A DNA stretch of 52,655 nt from Candidatus Aminicenantes bacterium (GTDB lineage: Bacteria; Acidobacteriota; Aminicenantia; Aminicenantales; Aminicenantaceae): the NCBI GenBank assembly GCA_003648765.1, contig QMPV01000003.1, forward strand, positions 1 through 52,655, in the 5' to 3' direction. Shown here one piece after another: positions 51,001 through 52,655 of this stretch. Position 1 is the stretch's first letter; each line of letters starts with the position of its first letter. The position numbers and the translations under genes are program-made. The notes below the pieces were generated by a model. It was given only the letters and a program-made list of their open reading frames with translations. It was not told the DNA's origin and did no database searches.

Positions 51001-52302
51001 GGTGAAGTCTTTTATTCGGCCTTTCTCCACCGCTACATATTTGGAATCCTGGCCACCAATTTCAAAAATAGTGTCTACATCGGGGAAAAAGTGAGTTGTT
51101 CCCCGCAGTTGAGCTGTTATTTCATTGCGGATTACGTCGGCTTGGAGAAGACGTCCGGCCAGATGCCGGCCGCTGCCGGTGGTGCCAAGACCCAATATTT
51201 TGATTTTTCCTTTAGTTTTTTCCAAAAGAAGCGACCAACCTTCTCTCAGGACTTCAATGGGCCGGCCTTTTGTCGGAAGATATACTCCTGTCACCACTTG
51301 ACCTGCTCGGTCGATGAAAGCCAGATTAGTACTCACCGAGCCAACATCGACTCCTAGAAAACCCTCGATTTCTTTATTGGCCCGAGGCTGGGGTTCCTCC
51401 TGAGGAGTTTTCGGGAGAGGTTTTAAGGGGAGCAAAACAAGAGAAGATGACTGGGCCTGACTTTTTCTGGACTCAGTTGTTTGAAGAAGTAGGGAAAGAG
51501 GTATGGATTTTTGTTTTTGAGCAGCAATTAAAGCGGCTCCCAGAGCCGAGACAGATTCAGGGGAGGAGGGGATAATTATTTCTGAGGGAGCCAGATGCAG
51601 GATTTCTTTAAAGGCACGTTGGAGGCCTTTGTTTCGGGCCGCTCCTCCACAGAAAAGCACCGGAGTGGCCAATTCTTTTCCTTTAAGAAGAGTGGCCAGG
51701 AAATTGCGAACCAGTCCTAGGCAGACTCCATAGGCAATTTCATCTACTGGAATACCTCTTTGTTGGAGATGGATCATATCTGATTTAGCGAAGACGCTGC
51801 ACCGGCCGGCAATGGTGGCTCCTTTGGCTGCTCGGGAGGCCAGATGGGCAAATTCTTCCACCGAAAGCTTAAGCCGATGGGCTTGCTGGGAGAGAAAAGC
51901 TCCTGAACCCGCGGCGCATTGCTCATTGATGGCAAAATCAATAATTTCGGGTTCGTGGTTGGCTTGGGTGGCGGCTTTCTTTTCCACCCAGCGAGAATTA
52001 GCGGCCCCAATTTCCACGAGACTTTTTGTTTGAGGATGAAGGTGATGGGCTCCTAGAACAAGAGCCACAATTTCATTAATTATTTCTACTTCCGCCGGCC
52101 AGTCGAAGAGATGGCGTCCCGCACCTGTCACGCCCACGCTTAGAGAAGGAGAAGAGGCGGATTGGATTTTTTGGAAAAGAGTTTGGAGGGCTTGAGGATA
52201 ATCTCCTTTGGTGGGCACAATGAATACTTCTTCTATTTGAGAATGCTCATTGAGAAGAACAGCTTTACAGGCAAAACTGCCTAGATCCAGTCCTAGCTTC
52301 AT
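48076..52302 (-). CDS. giant fusion: two BcrAD/BadFG-type (2-hydroxyacyl-CoA dehydratase activase-like) ATPase modules plus a DUF2229/dehydratase-component-like C-terminal region
   Basis: 1408 aa. Two ASKHA-fold starts (MKLGLDLGSFACKAVL; GFLGVDVGSVSTNLAFID), each followed by cluster-helix/ATPase motifs (AINEQCAAGSGAFL; MNKICAAGTGSFLEEQ). Central Cys cluster CQHCPNHCQV. The long C-terminal part resembles the uncharacterised CoA-enzyme-activase-associated domains. Confidence 0.85.
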   Translation of the reverse strand: MKLGLDLGSFACKAVLLNEHSQIEEVFIVPTKGDYPQALQTLFQKIQSASSPSLSVGVTGAGRHLFDWPAEVEIINEIVALVLGAHHLHPQTKSLVEIGAANSRWVEKKAATQANHEPEIIDFAINEQCAAGSGAFLSQQAHRLKLSVEEFAHLASRAAKGATIAGRCSVFAKSDMIHLQQRGIPVDEIAYGVCLGLVRNFLATLLKGKELATPVLFCGGAARNKGLQRAFKEILHLAPSEIIIPSSPESVSALGAALIAAQKQKSIPLSLLLQTTESRKSQAQSSSLVLLPLKPLPKTPQEEPQPRANKEIEGFLGVDVGSVSTNLAFIDRAGQVVTGVYLPTKGRPIEVLREGWSLLLEKTKGKIKILGLGTTGSGRHLAGRLLQADVIRNEITAQLRGTTHFFPDVDTIFEIGGQDSKYVAVEKGRIKDFTMNKICAAGTGSFLEEQAEPFGIKIKGQFASIAAQSTQPYDLGSRCTVFMESEMVKAASKGIPLPDLMAGLAYSIARNYLEKVVEGRTVGENIVFQGGVASNAAVVKAFSQLLHKEIKVHPYNRISGAIGVALIARENILQREKRGEKIAPKNAQLAQRLQSEYQVRTFECQHCPNHCQVTLIRLGQEKLFFGDVCERYTSQTTTPTEPTAAGAPSPQPNPPSLPEFREKFFEKYSSLTPGSRGRIGLPRASFFYEFLPFWANFFSYLGFETRLSPLSSSQILTLGLKRLSAETCAPIKLAFGHTEIFRHQDVDWVFLPSIVDTHQDNGESVYLCPYSEHLPFMFPTKLGGRLLSPVIQFNSGWEGFKQSMAETASQLGLTTEEMAAAYHYAWQKQLEFQQSLQQKGREFLRQARESGEDILVVIGRPYTIYDSFLNLNLHLHLQRRGAWVIPLDFLPAEELSTPHWPGKPPWRYAQKIIQAALWVAREDKAYPLILSNFGCSLDAFIHKHLHHILKEKPSLYLEFDEHRGEAGLITRIEAFLDEVEENKSLPQSSQPTFIVPGPPEVIEEYQGRTFLLPYFSDHVYAFAGAFRSIGLPVRILPPPDEKSIALGEEWTSGKECHAFAIIAGDLIKAAQSPREGQEIFFFPGARYACLLQQYQDGLNYLLQDMGITDLKVVAPSTDFFWKLLGFQGIKRLWDGLLAVDWLIKSACSRRPYERQKGATDRVHQTNLRDIELSLAIDDLSAALKRCAARLREIPISPEPRPKIGLAGDIYTRQNPVANHNLFLKLEAMGCEVWPAPFIVDDVDFGLQKEFFTNLRRRNFLKAMTAGLLHLRKELEKIKIEKTLKDVLPSRKEPSYRQIENLISPYLTLDNNQTLILNIAKMVDFASRGADGVINAICFNCMLGTVSGAIAQKIRQDFQNIPIPTLIFKGKEDPTEESRLEAFVYQVKQAWAKKQAQQREWAKESWLEF

Positions 52303-52655
52303 GGTTTAACTCCAGAGAAAAGATGATGGTGTGAAAGAATAATATTATCAAATTTTTCTTTTAAATAAAAGAAATCTGAGAGGGTTTTATTGGAAAAAGC
52401 CATTGTCCAGCCCAGCTTAAGTTTTACCTTAATTCCTGACTTTATTTATTTTCTTTTCTCTTCATACTTGGGAAGAAAAAGTAATCCCCAGGGATTTTTC
52501 CCCAGTGGCGCTGACTTTATTTGTTGATTGAACCAAGTCAAAATTTGTAAAATAATAAAAAATGAATTTTTGGCCAGCTTTTCTCCCCCCAAGAGAGAGA
52601 ATCTATCCTGCTCAAGAAAGTCTTAGAGGAGCTGATCAAATTAACCTTCTTTTTA

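Noticed and set aside
50398-51357. Plus-strand ORFs 50398-50793 (131 aa) and 50899-51357 (152 aa) inside the 1408-aa gene
   Set aside because: They are antisense to a continuous 4.2-kb frame with repeated ATPase motifs, and I recognise no independent signal.
52562-52655. Open frame MNFWPAFLPPRERIYPAQESLRGADQINLL... running off the right edge
   Set aside because: Only 31 codons are visible, with no RBS and no recognisable motif. It cannot be supported as a gene.
1-52655. Alternative genetic code, mobile elements, prophage, defence islands, tRNA/rRNA
   Set aside because: Long ORFs close normally with the standard code. I found no transposase, integrase, recombinase or phage-like protein, no long terminal inverted repeats or cloverleaf-like sequences in the gaps I read, and no nuclease/helicase/methylase-type defence genes.

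Overview
This is a 52,655-bp segment that looks chromosomal. It carries about 40 protein-coding genes on both strands. I recognise no rRNA, tRNA, CRISPR array, transposase, integrase or phage gene. The gene content suggests an uncultivated, diderm, largely anaerobic, protein/peptide-degrading bacterium: outer-membrane beta-barrels, Sec/Tat signals, an aldehyde:ferredoxin oxidoreductase, a 2-oxoacid:ferredoxin oxidoreductase, a B12-radical SAM enzyme, a giant BcrAD/BadFG-type activase fusion and many exported hydrolases. The taxon cannot be assigned from sequence alone. Layout, left to right: (1) an edge-truncated DUF2207 gene that is missing from the ORF track; (2) exported serine hydrolase, esterase, OM barrel and PD40 propeller genes; (3) an AOR plus tandem class II aldolase operon; (4) an S9 peptidase, a cupin, a propeller-phosphoesterase lipoprotein, a creatininase-family gene and a transglutaminase-like gene; (5) a GntR plus Tat-signal alanine racemase operon, preceded by a palindrome array and a promoter/terminator-bounded C-rich candidate sRNA; (6) a minus-strand island of exported hydrolases (S33, C1, OM barrel, DPP-IV, SGNH-sialidase) with two single-A frameshifts; (7) PadR plus B12-radical SAM genes; (8) a Na+/solute symporter; (9) a 1.1-kb gene-free gap; (10) a ten-gene operon joining succinate dehydrogenase/fumarate reductase, a Rieske/cytochrome b module and a four-subunit 2-oxoacid:ferredoxin oxidoreductase whose gamma subunit is fused to a GNAT domain; (11) a 1408-aa activase/dehydratase-like fusion. 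I did not find a clear-cut new defence or mobile system. The most unusual items are the fused respiratory/OFOR operon, the GNAT-gamma fusion, the candidate sRNA, the GTGTC-N-GACAC palindrome array and the homopolymer frameshifts. All family calls come from motifs read by eye in the translations. No searches or computations were run.
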